NCBI GenBank assembly: GCA_963739455.1
Contig: CAVUAK010000002.1
Coordinates: forward strand, 224,001-288,000
Source: an uncultured Gemmatimonadales bacterium
GTDB taxonomy: Bacteria; Gemmatimonadota; Gemmatimonadetes; Gemmatimonadales; GWC2-71-9
Length of the DNA stretch: 64,000 bases
Direction: 5' to 3'
In this document: piece by piece, positions 53,456 to 64,000 of the stretch
Position numbering within the stretch: the first letter of the stretch is position 1
Layout: the number at the start of each line of letters is the position of its first letter
Notes under the pieces: generated by a model
Told to the model about the DNA's origin: nothing
Database searches by the model: none
The model's input: the letters and a program-made list of their open reading frames with translations, nothing else
Position numbers and translations under genes: made by a program

Positions 53456-53955
53456 TGCTGGTCGAGGCGGATGCGGAACCAGCCGCCGAACAGGACCAGC
53501 AGCACGGTGCCCGCGAGTGCCGTGGTCAGCGCCTGGAGCGGCGCGTCGATCAGGAGCGACGTGGCGAGACCCTGGTCGCCCGACCCGCTCGCGACCAGCA
53601 CGATCAGGTCGCGGAGCCAGACGGCGCCAAAGAGGAACCCGGCGTTGACCAGCACGTTGTCAGCGAAGAAAAATGCCCGCGTCAGGGCAGCGAGGTAGCC
53701 CACCATGGTGTTGGCCAGTGCCGCAGCGCCGAACCTGGCGGGGCTCAGGGCATCACTCGCGAGTCCGACGAGGAAACCGGCCAACGCACCTACGCCCGGG
53801 CCGCTGCGGAGCGCGAGGAGCACGAGGCCAATCATGACAAAGTCGGGTGCGTAGCGGCCCTCGAACAACCGTGGACGCACGTAGAACTGCAGGAAGAGCA
53901 GCAGCCCCAGGGCCACCGTGAGCTGCAACCGGTTGGCAGCACGGGCGCTGGTCAT
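53452..53955 (-). CDS. mreD: rod shape-determining protein MreD
   Basis: Hydrophobic; PDF, GFLVGLASD motifs; operon position. Confidence 0.88.
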   Translation of the reverse strand: MTSARAANRLQLTVALGLLLFLQFYVRPRLFEGRYAPDFVMIGLVLLALRSGPGVGALAGFLVGLASDALSPARFGAAALANTMVGYLAALTRAFFFADNVLVNAGFLFGAVWLRDLIVLVASGSGDQGLATSLLIDAPLQALTTALAGTVLLVLFGGWFRIRLDQQ

Positions 53956-54977
53956 CGTGCGCCGCCGGTGTCAGGAGCAGGCGACGGGGGCTGGGCCGGC
54001 GCTGGAGCGGCCCCGGCCGCCGCCAGCGAGTCGGCCCGCCGACGACGCCGGGCTCGCGCCCGGGCTGCTGAATCCATCACGGCCGGCTGGGGCGCCGCGA
54101 TCGCGGGGTTGGCCGCCACCGGCCCTGAGTCCAGCGAATCCCTGCTGGGAGCGAACGCGGCCGGAATGCGCAGTGGTGTGGCACCGTGCAGGATGAGCAC
54201 GTGTCCTGCCACACTGGGCGAGGCCAATGGCCGGAGGCGATACACCCGCTCCCAGCCCAGCTGCTCCCGCTCCACCCCCACCACGGTCCCCACCGGGACG
54301 CCGCGGGGATACACGCCGCCCAGCCCCGACGCGATGACCACCGCTCCCTCAGCCAGCGTATCGCGATAGGTGATCGCCCTGAACTCCAGGCCGGTGCGGC
54401 TGGCGTCGCCGACCGATGTCGGTCCCACGATTCCCGCCACCTGCCCATTGGCCGACACGGCGCTCACCCGGAATTCGGGGTGGGCCCAGGTCATGGCGAT
54501 GCTGGTGTGCTGGTCGACCTCGCGGATGGCGCCGATCAGGCCTTCAGGCGTCACCACCGGATCGAGTGGAGCCACGCCTTCAGCGCGCCCGGCATCGAGC
54601 AACAAGGTGCGGCCATCGGTCGGAAGAGTCTGGCGGAGGACCTCGGCGGGAATGAACCCGGAGCCGGTGCGAACGGTGAGGTTGAGGAGGCTGCGCAGCT
54701 GCTGGTTCTCGACTGCCAGACCGGAGAGGGTCCGGCTCAGCTCGGCGAGGGAATCACGCTCTGAGGCAACGGCGCGAAAGCGGGTACGGCTGGTACGGCC
54801 TTCGGCGGCGCGTTCCTGCAGCCAGACGAACGGGGCCAGCGCGGTCGTGCGCAGCCCGGCCGCCACCGCCATGCCCCAGCTCGCCGGCATGAGCAGCGCC
54901 AGGGCCGACAGGAGCATGCAACCGGCAAAGAGCCACGTGTCGCGGCGGGACTCCCAGCGTTCAGTGCCCCGCGCCAT
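53952..54977 (-). CDS. mreC: rod shape-determining protein MreC
   Basis: ENQQLRSLL coiled coil, SGLGGVYPRGVPVG. Confidence 0.92.
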   Translation of the reverse strand: MARGTERWESRRDTWLFAGCMLLSALALLMPASWGMAVAAGLRTTALAPFVWLQERAAEGRTSRTRFRAVASERDSLAELSRTLSGLAVENQQLRSLLNLTVRTGSGFIPAEVLRQTLPTDGRTLLLDAGRAEGVAPLDPVVTPEGLIGAIREVDQHTSIAMTWAHPEFRVSAVSANGQVAGIVGPTSVGDASRTGLEFRAITYRDTLAEGAVVIASGLGGVYPRGVPVGTVVGVEREQLGWERVYRLRPLASPSVAGHVLILHGATPLRIPAAFAPSRDSLDSGPVAANPAIAAPQPAVMDSAARARARRRRRADSLAAAGAAPAPAQPPSPAPDTGGAR

Positions 54978-54980
54978 GGA

Positions 54981-56012
54981 TCAGGCGGAGAGAACGCTGC
55001 GGAACTTCTCGAAGTCGTCGAGAATACGGCCGGTGCCACGAACGACGCACGTGAGCGGGTCCTCGTCCACGTGGATCGGCAGGCCGGTCTCCTGCTGCAG
55101 GAGCACGTCGAGCCCGCGAATGAGCGCGCCGCCACCCGTCATGACGATGCCGCGATCGACGATGTCGCTCGCGAGTTCGGGCGGCGTGATCTCCAGCGCG
55201 CGGCGCACGGCATCGACGATCTGCTGGATCGGCTCCTGCACCGCCTCGCGGATTTCACTTGAATGCACTCGCACCGTCTTCGGGATGCCGGACACCAGGT
55301 CGCGGCCCTTCACTTCCATCTCCCGCTCCTCACCCACTGGTGCCGCCGAGCCGATCTTGATCTTGATCATCTCCGCGGTGGGCTCGCCGACGAGCAGGTT
55401 GTAGTTCTTGCGCATGAACTGCACGATCGCCTGGTCGAGCTCGTCACCGCCGGTGCGGATCGACGTGTCGGACACGATGCCCGAGAGTGCGATGACCGCG
55501 ATCTCCGTCGTACCGCCACCGATGTCGATCACCATGTTGCCCGTTGGCGTCTCCACCGGCAGGCCCACGCCGATCGCGGCCGCCATCGGCTCCGCCACCA
55601 TCAGCACCTGCTTCGCGCCCGCGGTCTCGGCGGAATCGCGCACCGCGCGGCGCTCCACCTCGGTGATGCCCGATGGCACGCACACGATGACCTTGGGCTT
55701 CACGCGGAAGATGTGCTTGTCGATGATGGTCTTCAGGAAGTAGCGCAACATCTTCTCGGTGACGTCGAAATCGGCGATGACGCCATCCTTGAGGGGCCGC
55801 ACGGCGAGAATGCCATCGGGCGTGCGCCCGAGCATCCGCTTCGCCTCGAGGCCGATGCCCTTGATCTTGCCGGTCGCTTTCTCGATCGCGACCACCGAGG
55901 GCTCGTTGAGGACGATGCCCTCGCCCTTTACGTAAATGAGCGTATTGGCGGTGCCGAGATCCACCGCGATTTCGTTCGCGGGGAGGAAAGAACCAAAATT
56001 GAACCGTGCCAT
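54981..56012 (-). CDS. mreB: actin-like MreB
   Basis: [27 protein letters not shown]. Confidence 0.97.
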   Translation of the reverse strand: MARFNFGSFLPANEIAVDLGTANTLIYVKGEGIVLNEPSVVAIEKATGKIKGIGLEAKRMLGRTPDGILAVRPLKDGVIADFDVTEKMLRYFLKTIIDKHIFRVKPKVIVCVPSGITEVERRAVRDSAETAGAKQVLMVAEPMAAAIGVGLPVETPTGNMVIDIGGGTTEIAVIALSGIVSDTSIRTGGDELDQAIVQFMRKNYNLLVGEPTAEMIKIKIGSAAPVGEEREMEVKGRDLVSGIPKTVRVHSSEIREAVQEPIQQIVDAVRRALEITPPELASDIVDRGIVMTGGGALIRGLDVLLQQETGLPIHVDEDPLTCVVRGTGRILDDFEKFRSVLSA

Positions 56013-56099
56013 TTTCACCGCCCTGGGAGCGCTTTAATACAAGTGAGATCGAAACTTACGGCAGGGGGTGTTCCCAATCAACACAGCAAGCAGTTCTCG

Positions 56100-56537
56100 T
56101 CAGTGTCCGGTGCTGCCGAAGCCCCCCTCCCCCCGGCCGGTGGCCCCCAGCTCTTCGGCCCGCCGGAAGGTCACAGCCTCCACCCGGGCGAACACCAGCT
56201 GGGCAATGCGCATGCCGCGGGTCACCCTGAAATGTTCGGCCCCCAGGTTGATCAGCGCCACCTTCAGTTCTCCCCGGTAATCACTGTCGATGGTGGCCGG
56301 GGTGTTGGGCAGCGTGACGCCGTGCTTGAGGGCCAGGCCGGAGCGCGGGCGGATCTGGCACTCGAACCCGGCCGGTATCGCGATGGCGAAGCCGGTGCGC
56401 ACCAGTTGCCGGGCCCCGGGAGGCAACTCCACGTCATCCGCGCTCGCGATGTCGTACCCCGCCGCCCCGGCGGTGGCAGCGGCAGGTTCCGGCAGCCCCT
56501 CGCCGTGGGGCAGCCGGACGATCTCGACGTCGATCAT
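56100..56537 (-). CDS. dut: dUTP diphosphatase
   Basis: [37 protein letters not shown]. Confidence 0.96.
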   Translation of the reverse strand: MIDVEIVRLPHGEGLPEPAAATAGAAGYDIASADDVELPPGARQLVRTGFAIAIPAGFECQIRPRSGLALKHGVTLPNTPATIDSDYRGELKVALINLGAEHFRVTRGMRIAQLVFARVEAVTFRRAEELGATGRGEGGFGSTGH

Positions 56538-56538
56538 C

Positions 56539-57654
56539 CTAGGCCAGCACCGACGTGACATCCACCAACGGGAGCCCGAAGGCCTCGGCAACGCCCGGGT
56601 AGACCACCTTGCCCTGCACCACGTTCAGGCCCAGCCGGAGGGCGCCATCGGCCTTGCAGGCCTCTTTCCACCCCAGGCGGGCCAGCTTCATCCCATATGG
56701 CAGGGTGGCGTTCGTCAGGGCCAGCGTCGACGTGCGCGGCACACCTCCCGGCATATTGGCCACGCCGTAGTGCAGGATGCCATCGACGAAATAGGTCGGG
56801 TTCTCGTGGGTCGTCGGCTTGATGGTCTCGACACACCCGCCCTGGTCGACCGCCACATCGACGATGACGGCGCCGGGCCGCATCAGCTTCAGGTCGGGAC
56901 GCTTCACCAGGTGCGGCGCCTTGGCACCTGGCAGGAGCACGGCCCCGATGACCAGGTCGGCGCGCTTGATCGCCTCGAGGATGTTGAAGCGGTTTGAGTA
57001 GAGCGTATCGACATTGGCCGGCAGCACGTCGTCCAGGTAGCGGAGCCGGTCGAGTGAGATGTCGAGGATGGTGACGTGGGCACCCAGGCCAGCAGCCATC
57101 TTGGCGGCGTTGATGCCCACCACACCACCACCAAGGATCACCACCGACCCTGGTGCCACGCCGGGCACGCCGCCCAGCAGCACGCCGGTGCCGCCGAACA
57201 CCTTCTCCAGGTACTTGGCACCCTGCTGTACCGCCATACGGCCCGCCACTTCCGACATTGGCGTCAGCAGCGGCAGTTCACCGGACGGCAGCTGCACCGT
57301 CTCGTACGCCACCGCAATCGCACCCGACTTGATGACCGCCTTCGTGAGCGCGTCAGCCGCCGCGAAGTGGAAGTAGGTGTAGATCAGCTGTCCCGCGCGC
57401 ATGCGGGGCCACTCGACCTCGATCGGCTCCTTCACCTTCATGATCATCTCGGCGCGCTGCCACACTTCGTCGGCCGTGGCCAGGATCTGCGCCCCAGCCG
57501 CGACGTACGTCTCGTCGGCAAACCCGCTCCCGATGCCCGCGCCCTGCTCGAGCAGCACTGTGTGACCCTGGCTGATGAGCGCCTCTGCGCCTGCGGGCGC
57601 GAGGGCGACGCGATTCTCGTTGGTCTTGATTTCCTTCGGTACGCCGATGACCAT
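56539..57654 (-). CDS. ald: alanine dehydrogenase
   Basis: [36 protein letters not shown]. Confidence 0.96.
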   Translation of the reverse strand: MVIGVPKEIKTNENRVALAPAGAEALISQGHTVLLEQGAGIGSGFADETYVAAGAQILATADEVWQRAEMIMKVKEPIEVEWPRMRAGQLIYTYFHFAAADALTKAVIKSGAIAVAYETVQLPSGELPLLTPMSEVAGRMAVQQGAKYLEKVFGGTGVLLGGVPGVAPGSVVILGGGVVGINAAKMAAGLGAHVTILDISLDRLRYLDDVLPANVDTLYSNRFNILEAIKRADLVIGAVLLPGAKAPHLVKRPDLKLMRPGAVIVDVAVDQGGCVETIKPTTHENPTYFVDGILHYGVANMPGGVPRTSTLALTNATLPYGMKLARLGWKEACKADGALRLGLNVVQGKVVYPGVAEAFGLPLVDVTSVLA

Positions 57655-57713
57655 GGCTTTGATCCGATGCAGGTAAAGTGGTGATCTCACGCCTAACGCC
57701 TACCGCCCAACGC

Positions 57714-58967
57714 CTATTTCGCCGGCCCCAGCCGCTGCACCGTCTGTCGCTCGGGGTCCAGGAATTCCGACGCGACCTCGGCGACCTGCGCCCCCGGCAC
57801 GGCCTCGATTTCCTGGATGATCGTGTCGAGCGTGCGATAGGGTTCGCGATGCAGCGTAAAGTTCGCGAGTCGGCTCATGCGCGCCCCCGGGCTTTCCAGC
57901 GCCAGCATCACCTGCCCCTGCATCTGGCGCTTGCCGCCCGCGAGTTCGTCGGCGTCCAGGCCGGCGCCGGCCATGCGCCGGAGTTCCTGCTGGATTGTCT
58001 CGAGCGCCGCATCGGCCGTTTCCGGCTGGGTCCCGACGTAGATCCCCAGCTGCCCCGTGCCCTGATGGAACTGGTTGTACGCGTACACGGCATACGCGAG
58101 ACCGAGTTCCTCCCGCACGCGCTGGAAAAGGCGGCTGGACATGCCACCGCCAAGCGCATTCACCAGGAGTGACACGGCGAAACGCCGGGGATCGGCGATG
58201 CTGAATGTGTCGGTGCCGAGCACCATGTGCGACTGGGTGGTATCGCGCTCGGCCCTGCTGACCCGGCCACGCTGCGCTGGATGCGGTGTGACGGCGGCGC
58301 GCGCCGGACGCGCGTCGCCAGCGAACCAGCCTTCCTTGTCCAGTGCCTCGAGCAGCACGGCGTGTTCCACGTTGCCGGCCGCTGCGATGACGCAGTTGCC
58401 CGGGAAATATGCCTCGTCGTGCAACCGGCGAAGATCGGCCGCCGTGAGCGCGCTCACGGTATCCCGGGTACCGAGAATGGAATAGCCGTACGGATGGTCG
58501 GGCCAGAGGGCGCGGGCATGCAGCTCGAACACGAGATCATCGGGCGTGTCGTCTACCCCGCTGATCTCCTCGAGGATGACCTTCCGCTCGAGATCGAGGT
58601 CGGACTGGCGCAGCAGCGGACGGCGCACCAGGTCGGTCAGCACGTCCACCGCGAGCGGGAGGTCGCGGTCGAGCACGTGCGCCTGGAAGCTCGTGGTGTC
58701 GCGCCCGGTGAATGCGTCCAGGCTGCCACCGCGCTCCTCCAGCGCCAGGGCGAGCTCGCGCGCGCCCCGGCGTTCGGTGCCCTTGAACACCATGTGTTCC
58801 AGCAGGTGGGAAATGCCCATCTGGCCGACGGGCTCATGGGCGCTGGCGGTACGCACCCAAAGCCCGACGGCCGCAGAGCGGACGCCGGGCAGGGTTTCCG
58901 ACAACACCACGAGCCCGTTCGACGCAGTAGAGCGGAAGAGCCCGGCGTCGAGCTGCTCGGTGCGCAC
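57714..58967 (-). CDS. M16-family zinc peptidase
   Basis: HLLEHMVFKGT (HxxEH), LGGGMSSRLFQ.VRE; usual position after pnp. Confidence 0.93.
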   Translation of the reverse strand: MRTEQLDAGLFRSTASNGLVVLSETLPGVRSAAVGLWVRTASAHEPVGQMGISHLLEHMVFKGTERRGARELALALEERGGSLDAFTGRDTTSFQAHVLDRDLPLAVDVLTDLVRRPLLRQSDLDLERKVILEEISGVDDTPDDLVFELHARALWPDHPYGYSILGTRDTVSALTAADLRRLHDEAYFPGNCVIAAAGNVEHAVLLEALDKEGWFAGDARPARAAVTPHPAQRGRVSRAERDTTQSHMVLGTDTFSIADPRRFAVSLLVNALGGGMSSRLFQRVREELGLAYAVYAYNQFHQGTGQLGIYVGTQPETADAALETIQQELRRMAGAGLDADELAGGKRQMQGQVMLALESPGARMSRLANFTLHREPYRTLDTIIQEIEAVPGAQVAEVASEFLDPERQTVQRLGPAK

Positions 58968-58971
58968 GGGA

Positions 58972-61059
58972 CTACTCCTTCGGGATCAGCGCCTTCCGGG
59001 AAAGCTTCATGCGGCCCCGGTCATCGACCTCGAGCAACTTCACCTTGATGATGTCGCCCTTCTTGACCACATCCTCGGTCTTCTCCACGCGGCCATGCTG
59101 CAGCTCGCTGATGTGGAGGAGGCCCTCGACGCCCGGGATGATCTCCACGAACGCGCCGAACGGCGTGGTGCTCTTGACCGGCCCTTCGTAGATCTTGCCG
59201 ACCTCGGGCTCCGCGGTGATGGCCATGACCATCTCCTTGGCCCGGTCGCCCGCCTCGCCGCCGACGGCGGCAATGGTGACGATACCCGTGTCCTCGACCG
59301 AGATCTTGGCGCCCGTGGCTTCCTGGATGCCACGGATCGTCTTGCCCTTCGGCCCGATCAGGTCGCCGATCTTGTCCGGCTTGATCTGCAGCGTGAAGAT
59401 GCGCGGCGCGTACTTCGACAGCTCCGCGCGCGGCGTCGGCAGGACCTTCGCCATTTCCTTGAGGATGTGGAGCCGGCCCTTGCGGGCCTTCTCGAGCGCA
59501 TCCGTCATGATCTCGATGGTCAGGCCCGCGATCTTGATGTCCATCTGGATCGCCGTGATGCCCTGCTCCGTGCCGGCCACCTTGAAGTCCATGTCGCCCA
59601 GCGCGTCCTCGGACCCGAGGATGTCGGTGAGGACGGCGATCTTGTCCCCTTCCATGATCAGGCCCATCGCGACACCGGCGCAGGCCGCCTTCATCGGCAC
59701 GCCCGCATCCATCAGCGCGAGGGAGCCACCGCAGACCGACGCCATCGACGACGACCCGTTCGACTCGAGGATCTCGGACACGATCCGCAGCGTGTAGGGG
59801 AAATCGGTGTGGTCCGGCAGCAGCGCCTGCAGGGCGCGCTCGGCCAGCATGCCGTGGCCGACTTCGCGACGGCTCGTGCCCCGCATCATCTTCACTTCAC
59901 CGGTGGAGAACGGCGGGAAGTTGTAGTGCAGCATGAACGACTTCTTCGTCTCGACGGTCGAGTCGATGCTGTCGATGCGCTGCTCGTCATCAGAGGTGCC
60001 GAGCGTCACGGCCACGAGGGCCTGCGTCTCGCCACGCTGGAAAAGCGCCGAGCCGTGCACGCGCGGCAGCAGGCCGGCGTCGATGCTGATCGGGCGGATG
60101 GTGTCGGTGTCCCGGCCGTCAACCCGCTCACCCTTCGTGAGCACCTGGCTGCGCATGGTGCGGTACTCGATCTCTTCCAGTTCGGAGGAGATGTCCTTGC
60201 CCTTGTCCGGGAACTCGGCCGCCAGCTGCTCGGCGACGCCGCGACGCAGTTCCTTCACCGCGGCCGAACGACCAGCCTTGTCCTTGGCGTTGATCATCTT
60301 CGCCATCGAGGCTTCGGCAAGCGCGCGCACGCGAGCGACCACGGTCGCATCGGGCTCGGGCTTGGTCCACTTCATCTTCGGCTTCGAGGCCTTGTCCAGG
60401 ACCTTCTTCTGTACCGCGACGAGATCGCGAATGCCCTTCTGGGCAACCTTGAGTGCGTCGAGCAGTTCCTGTTCGGAAATTTCCAGCGCGCCACCCTCGA
60501 CCATGAAGATCGCGTCAGCCGAACCGCTGACCACGATGTCGATCGTCGAGAACTCGAGCTGCGGGAAGGTCGGGTTCAGGATCCACTGTCCCTCAACGCG
60601 ACCGACACGCACGGCGGCCAGCGGACCGTTCCACGGTACCGGCGACAGCGAGAGCGCGGTGGACGTGGCGAGCGCGGCGAGCACGTCGGCATCGTTTTCC
60701 TGGTCGGCCGAGAGCACCGTGACGAACACCTGGACTTCGTTCTTGAAGCCCTCGGGGAACAGCGGACGGATGCTGCGGTCGATGAGCCGGCAGGCAAGGA
60801 TTTCCTTGTCGGACGGACGACCCTCACGCTTCAGGAATCCACCCGGGATCTTGCCGGCAGCGTACGTCTTCTCGCGGTACTCGACCGTGAGCGGGAAGAA
60901 CGGCAGCGAGGAGATGTTGGGGGAGACGGTGACCGCCGCGAGCACCACGGTATCACCAAACTGCACGAGGGCTGAACCTGCTGCCTGCTTCGCGAGACGC
61001 CCGGTTTCGAGGGTCAGGGTGCGTCCTGCAAATTCCGTTTCGATCCGTTGAACAGTCAC
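58972..61059 (-). CDS. pnp: polyribonucleotide nucleotidyltransferase
   Basis: FFPLTVEY, GKIPGGF.KREG, SNGSSSMAS, DMDFKVAG; KH and S1 domains. Confidence 0.97.
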   Translation of the reverse strand: MTVQRIETEFAGRTLTLETGRLAKQAAGSALVQFGDTVVLAAVTVSPNISSLPFFPLTVEYREKTYAAGKIPGGFLKREGRPSDKEILACRLIDRSIRPLFPEGFKNEVQVFVTVLSADQENDADVLAALATSTALSLSPVPWNGPLAAVRVGRVEGQWILNPTFPQLEFSTIDIVVSGSADAIFMVEGGALEISEQELLDALKVAQKGIRDLVAVQKKVLDKASKPKMKWTKPEPDATVVARVRALAEASMAKMINAKDKAGRSAAVKELRRGVAEQLAAEFPDKGKDISSELEEIEYRTMRSQVLTKGERVDGRDTDTIRPISIDAGLLPRVHGSALFQRGETQALVAVTLGTSDDEQRIDSIDSTVETKKSFMLHYNFPPFSTGEVKMMRGTSRREVGHGMLAERALQALLPDHTDFPYTLRIVSEILESNGSSSMASVCGGSLALMDAGVPMKAACAGVAMGLIMEGDKIAVLTDILGSEDALGDMDFKVAGTEQGITAIQMDIKIAGLTIEIMTDALEKARKGRLHILKEMAKVLPTPRAELSKYAPRIFTLQIKPDKIGDLIGPKGKTIRGIQEATGAKISVEDTGIVTIAAVGGEAGDRAKEMVMAITAEPEVGKIYEGPVKSTTPFGAFVEIIPGVEGLLHISELQHGRVEKTEDVVKKGDIIKVKLLEVDDRGRMKLSRKALIPKE

Positions 61060-61129
61060 TCTCTCTGCCTTCTCTCGTCTTTAATTGGTTTCTTGTCTAC
61101 GCAATGTGCCATCGGGTCTTGAAAGCGAA

Positions 61130-61158
61130 CGGGCGTCCCGTGCTGCACGGGACGCCCG
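61130..61158 (-). terminator. hairpin downstream of rpsO (likely terminator)
   Basis: CGGGCGTCCCGTG-CTG-CACGGGACGCCCG perfect 13-bp stem, followed on the minus strand by TTCGCTTTC. Confidence 0.7.
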
Positions 61159-61174
61159 CCTGATGATCTCGATC

Positions 61175-61435
61175 CTAGTGACGGAGCCCCAGCTCCTCGA
61201 TCAGCGACCGATAGTTCACGACATCGGTGCGCTTGAGGTAGGTCAGGAGGCGCCGGCGATTGCCCACCATCTTGAGCAGGCCACGGCGACCGTGATGGTC
61301 CTTCGCGTGGGTCTTGAAGTGCTCGGTGAGCGAGTTGATCCGCTCCGTGAGGAGCGCAACCTGCACCTTGGTGGAACCGGTATCGGTTTCGTGGGCGCGA
61401 TGCTTGGTGACCACCGTCGTCTTGTCGAACGTCAT
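61175..61435 (-). CDS. rpsO: 30S ribosomal protein S15
   Basis: [27 protein letters not shown]. Confidence 0.97.
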   Translation of the reverse strand: MTFDKTTVVTKHRAHETDTGSTKVQVALLTERINSLTEHFKTHAKDHHGRRGLLKMVGNRRRLLTYLKRTDVVNYRSLIEELGLRH

Positions 61436-61539
61436 TGCCTGCTTTTTCCTTGGCCCCACGGGGCCGCAAACGCTTGAGTGTGTGAACTTTAGCAGCTTGG
61501 TAATTTAGCCCCCGAGGGGACCCGCCGCAACCCCGGACC

Positions 61540-62912
61540 CTAGCCGGTGATCTGCCGGACCAGCCGGGTCAGGTCGTTCCACAGGGCGAACACCATGAGG
61601 GCCCCCACGATGGCCAGCCCGGCCAGCGTAAGGCGCTCCCGGAGCTTGAGGGGCAGCGGCTTCCGCCGGATCGCCTCGCCCACCAGGAAAACGAACTGGC
61701 CCCCATCCAGCACCGGGATCGGCAGCAGGTTGAGCACCGCCAGGTTCATGGAAATGATGGCCATGAATGTCAGGAACGGCTCAACGCCCATGCGGGCGCT
61801 CTGTCCCGCCATCTGGCCAATGGCGATCGGGCCGCCCAGGGAGCTTCGCGCGACATTGCCGCTCACCAGCCCCTTGAGCATCCGCACCACGACGGTGGAG
61901 GCATTCATCGTTTCCTTCACCCCCGCCCCCATCGCGCCCAAGCACGCTGTACGGCTCACGGCGGAAGCCACCATAGACCTCGACCCCGATCTTGCCCACG
62001 ACCCTGGGCCCGGTCGAGTCGCTCACCGTCGTGGACTCCGGCACCACCGTCACCTCGGTACGACCGCCGGCGCGACCAAGGCCAAGCCGGAGGTCCTGGC
62101 CCGCCGAGCGCTCGATGACCGCCAGCAGGTCCGCCCACTGCGCGATCGGCTGCCCATTCACCGACACCACCGTGTCACCCTTTGCCACGCCTGCCTTGGC
62201 GGCCGCGCGCCCGGGAATGACGCGTCCCGCCACCGCGGGCGTGAACGGCCCGAGTGACACCGCGAGTGCCATGCGCCGCTCGACGGCATCGGCCGGCACA
62301 TCGGCGGTGACCGTCCGGCCATCGGACAGGCGTCAGCGCCACCGTATTGCCCGCGGTGTGCTGCAGCTCATCAAAGACGCTGTTCCAGGAGTCCACCGGT
62401 CGCCCGTTGACGGCGGTGATCCGGTCGCCGCGCTGCAGCGTGCGGAACGACTCCGCGCCGGCAGGAAGGCCCGCCGAATCGACCGCGCCCACGACGGTCA
62501 CTGGATTGATCGCCTTGCCGTTCTTGAGCGCCAGGCCACTGAAGATGAGCCAGGCGAAGAGCGTGTTCATGGTGACGCCGGCGAGGATCACGATCATCCG
62601 CTTCCATACCGGCTTCGCCTCGAACATCCGGTCGGGCGGCACCTCAGCCTCGGGCGTGCCGCCCTCGAGCGCCGCACTCGAGGCTTCCTCCTCCTCGCTC
62701 GCCATCTTGACGTAGCCGCCAAGCGGAAGCCAGGAGAGCGAGTACTCGGTTTCGCCGCGTCGGAAGGTCAGTCCCGGAATCGGCGAGCCGATGCCGATGG
62801 AGAAGCGGTGCACCCAGATGCCGGCCCACTTGGCCGCGGCGAAGTGGCCGAACTCGTGGACGAAGATGAGCACGCCGAGCGTGACGGCGAATGCGAGCAG
62901 TGTGACTAGCAT
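61540..62912 (-). CDS. rseP: RIP metalloprotease RseP (frameshifts near 62300-62340 and 61950)
   Basis: HEFGH, PLGGYVKM, two PDZ segments, NLLPIPVLDGG. Confidence 0.93.
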
Positions 62913-64000
62913 GGTTGTCCTGCCAGTGAGCGGGCGTGTTCCCGGGCCCGGCGATCCGCGGCGCGGACGGTCTCGACGTCGCGAACCGGTTCGGACACGT
63001 GCGCGTCCATGTACCGACTCGATGACGTCACTGATCCGGCCGAAGGGCAGCGCGCCGGCGAGGAATGCCGCCACGGCCTCTTCATTTGCCGCGTTGAATG
63101 CGGCCGGCGACGTCCCGCCGGCGCGCCCGGCTGCAACGCCCAGCGGAAATGCGCGAAAGACGTCAGTGCGGACTGGTTCGAATGTCAGTTGGCCTGCCGC
63201 GATCGGGTCGAAGCGCCGTGTCCCCGCGTCGGGAAGGCGATCGGGATGAGTGAGCGCGTAGAGAATCGGCAGCTCCATCGTGGGGAAGCCCACCTGCGCC
63301 ATGACGTTGCCGTCGCAGAACTCTGCGAAGGCGTGCACGATGCTCTGCGGGTGAACCACGACATCGACCTGGTCGTACGACAACCCGAACAGGAAGTGCG
63401 CCTCGATGACCTCGAGCGCCTTGTTGGCCAGCGTGGCGCTGTCCACCGTGATCTTGCTGCCCATGCGCCATGTCGGGTGATTGAGCGCCTGCTCCACCGT
63501 GGCCCCGGCCACCTGCGCCGCGTCCCAGGTGCGGAAAGGACCACCGGACGCCGTCAGGATGAGCCGCGCGAGCTTGCCGTTGTGGCCGGTGACGCACTGC
63601 AGCACGGCGCTGTGCTCGGAGTCCACCGGCACCACCTCACCCCCGCCCAGGCGCGCGGCCTCGGCCACGAGGTCCCCCGCCATGACCAGGGACTCCTTGT
63701 TGGCGAGCGCGACCCGCTTGCCCGCTCGCAGCGCGGCCAGTGTCGCATCCAGTCCAGCGGCCCCCACCAGCGCGTTGATCACGATATCGACGTCGGGATG
63801 CAGTGCCGCCTCGAGCAGCACCTCCACCCCTGAGGCGAGTCCGTTGCCGCTGGCGCCATCGACGATGCCCGCGAAGGCCGGGCGCCACGTGGCCACCTGG
63901 GCCAGCAGGCTCTCACGCTGGCGGCCTGCGGTAAGCGCCACCACGCGGAAGTGATCGCGCTGGCGATCGAGCACGCGCAGCGCGCTCTCACCGATCGAAC
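62906..64000 (-). CDS. dxr: 1-deoxy-D-xylulose-5-phosphate reductoisomerase (5' end off window; frameshift near 63010)
   Basis: ALANKESLV, PVDSEH, TASGGPF, HPTWRMG.KITVDSAT, NAANE. Confidence 0.95.

Noticed and set aside
62175..63974. Apparent Dxr-RseP fusion
   Set aside because: A frameshift near 63010 bypasses the dxr stop at 62906; the normal Dxr C-terminus is present in another frame.

Overview
High-GC bacterial chromosome segment. Gene order, the ANSDLALAA tmRNA tag and the BTAD/TPR and kinase-TPR proteins suggest Gemmatimonadota (inference, no search run). Most of it is core genome: trpC/lexA/trpD; a coupled operon truA-degP-purB-purC-psd-pssA-purS-purQ-orf-purL-purF-ppdK; purEK; ssrA; dusB-corA-GGDEF; ptsN; and a long minus-strand run dxr-rseP-rpsO-pnp-M16-ald-dut-mreBCD-mrdA-rodA-accD-folC-hisS-proS-lysA-guaA. 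Many conserved genes carry single-base frameshifts, densest at about 10.2-16.7 kb, most likely long-read consensus errors. The best candidate for an undescribed system is the accessory block at 16200-25909. There a wHTH-BTAD-TPR regulator faces, across an 11-bp-period direct repeat, a tightly coupled operon: internally duplicated membrane protein, GMC flavoenzyme, Gfo/Idh/MocA oxidoreductase, DedA/VTT protein, nucleophile-less alpha/beta hydrolase, and four paralogous doubly anchored lipoproteins with two micro-ORFs. Other highlights are a candidate direct-repeat SOS box (TTCGG-N6-TTCGG, twice) on the lexA promoter and a Burkholderiales-like guaA in a native operon. No CRISPR array, integrase, transposase, rRNA or tRNA was seen.
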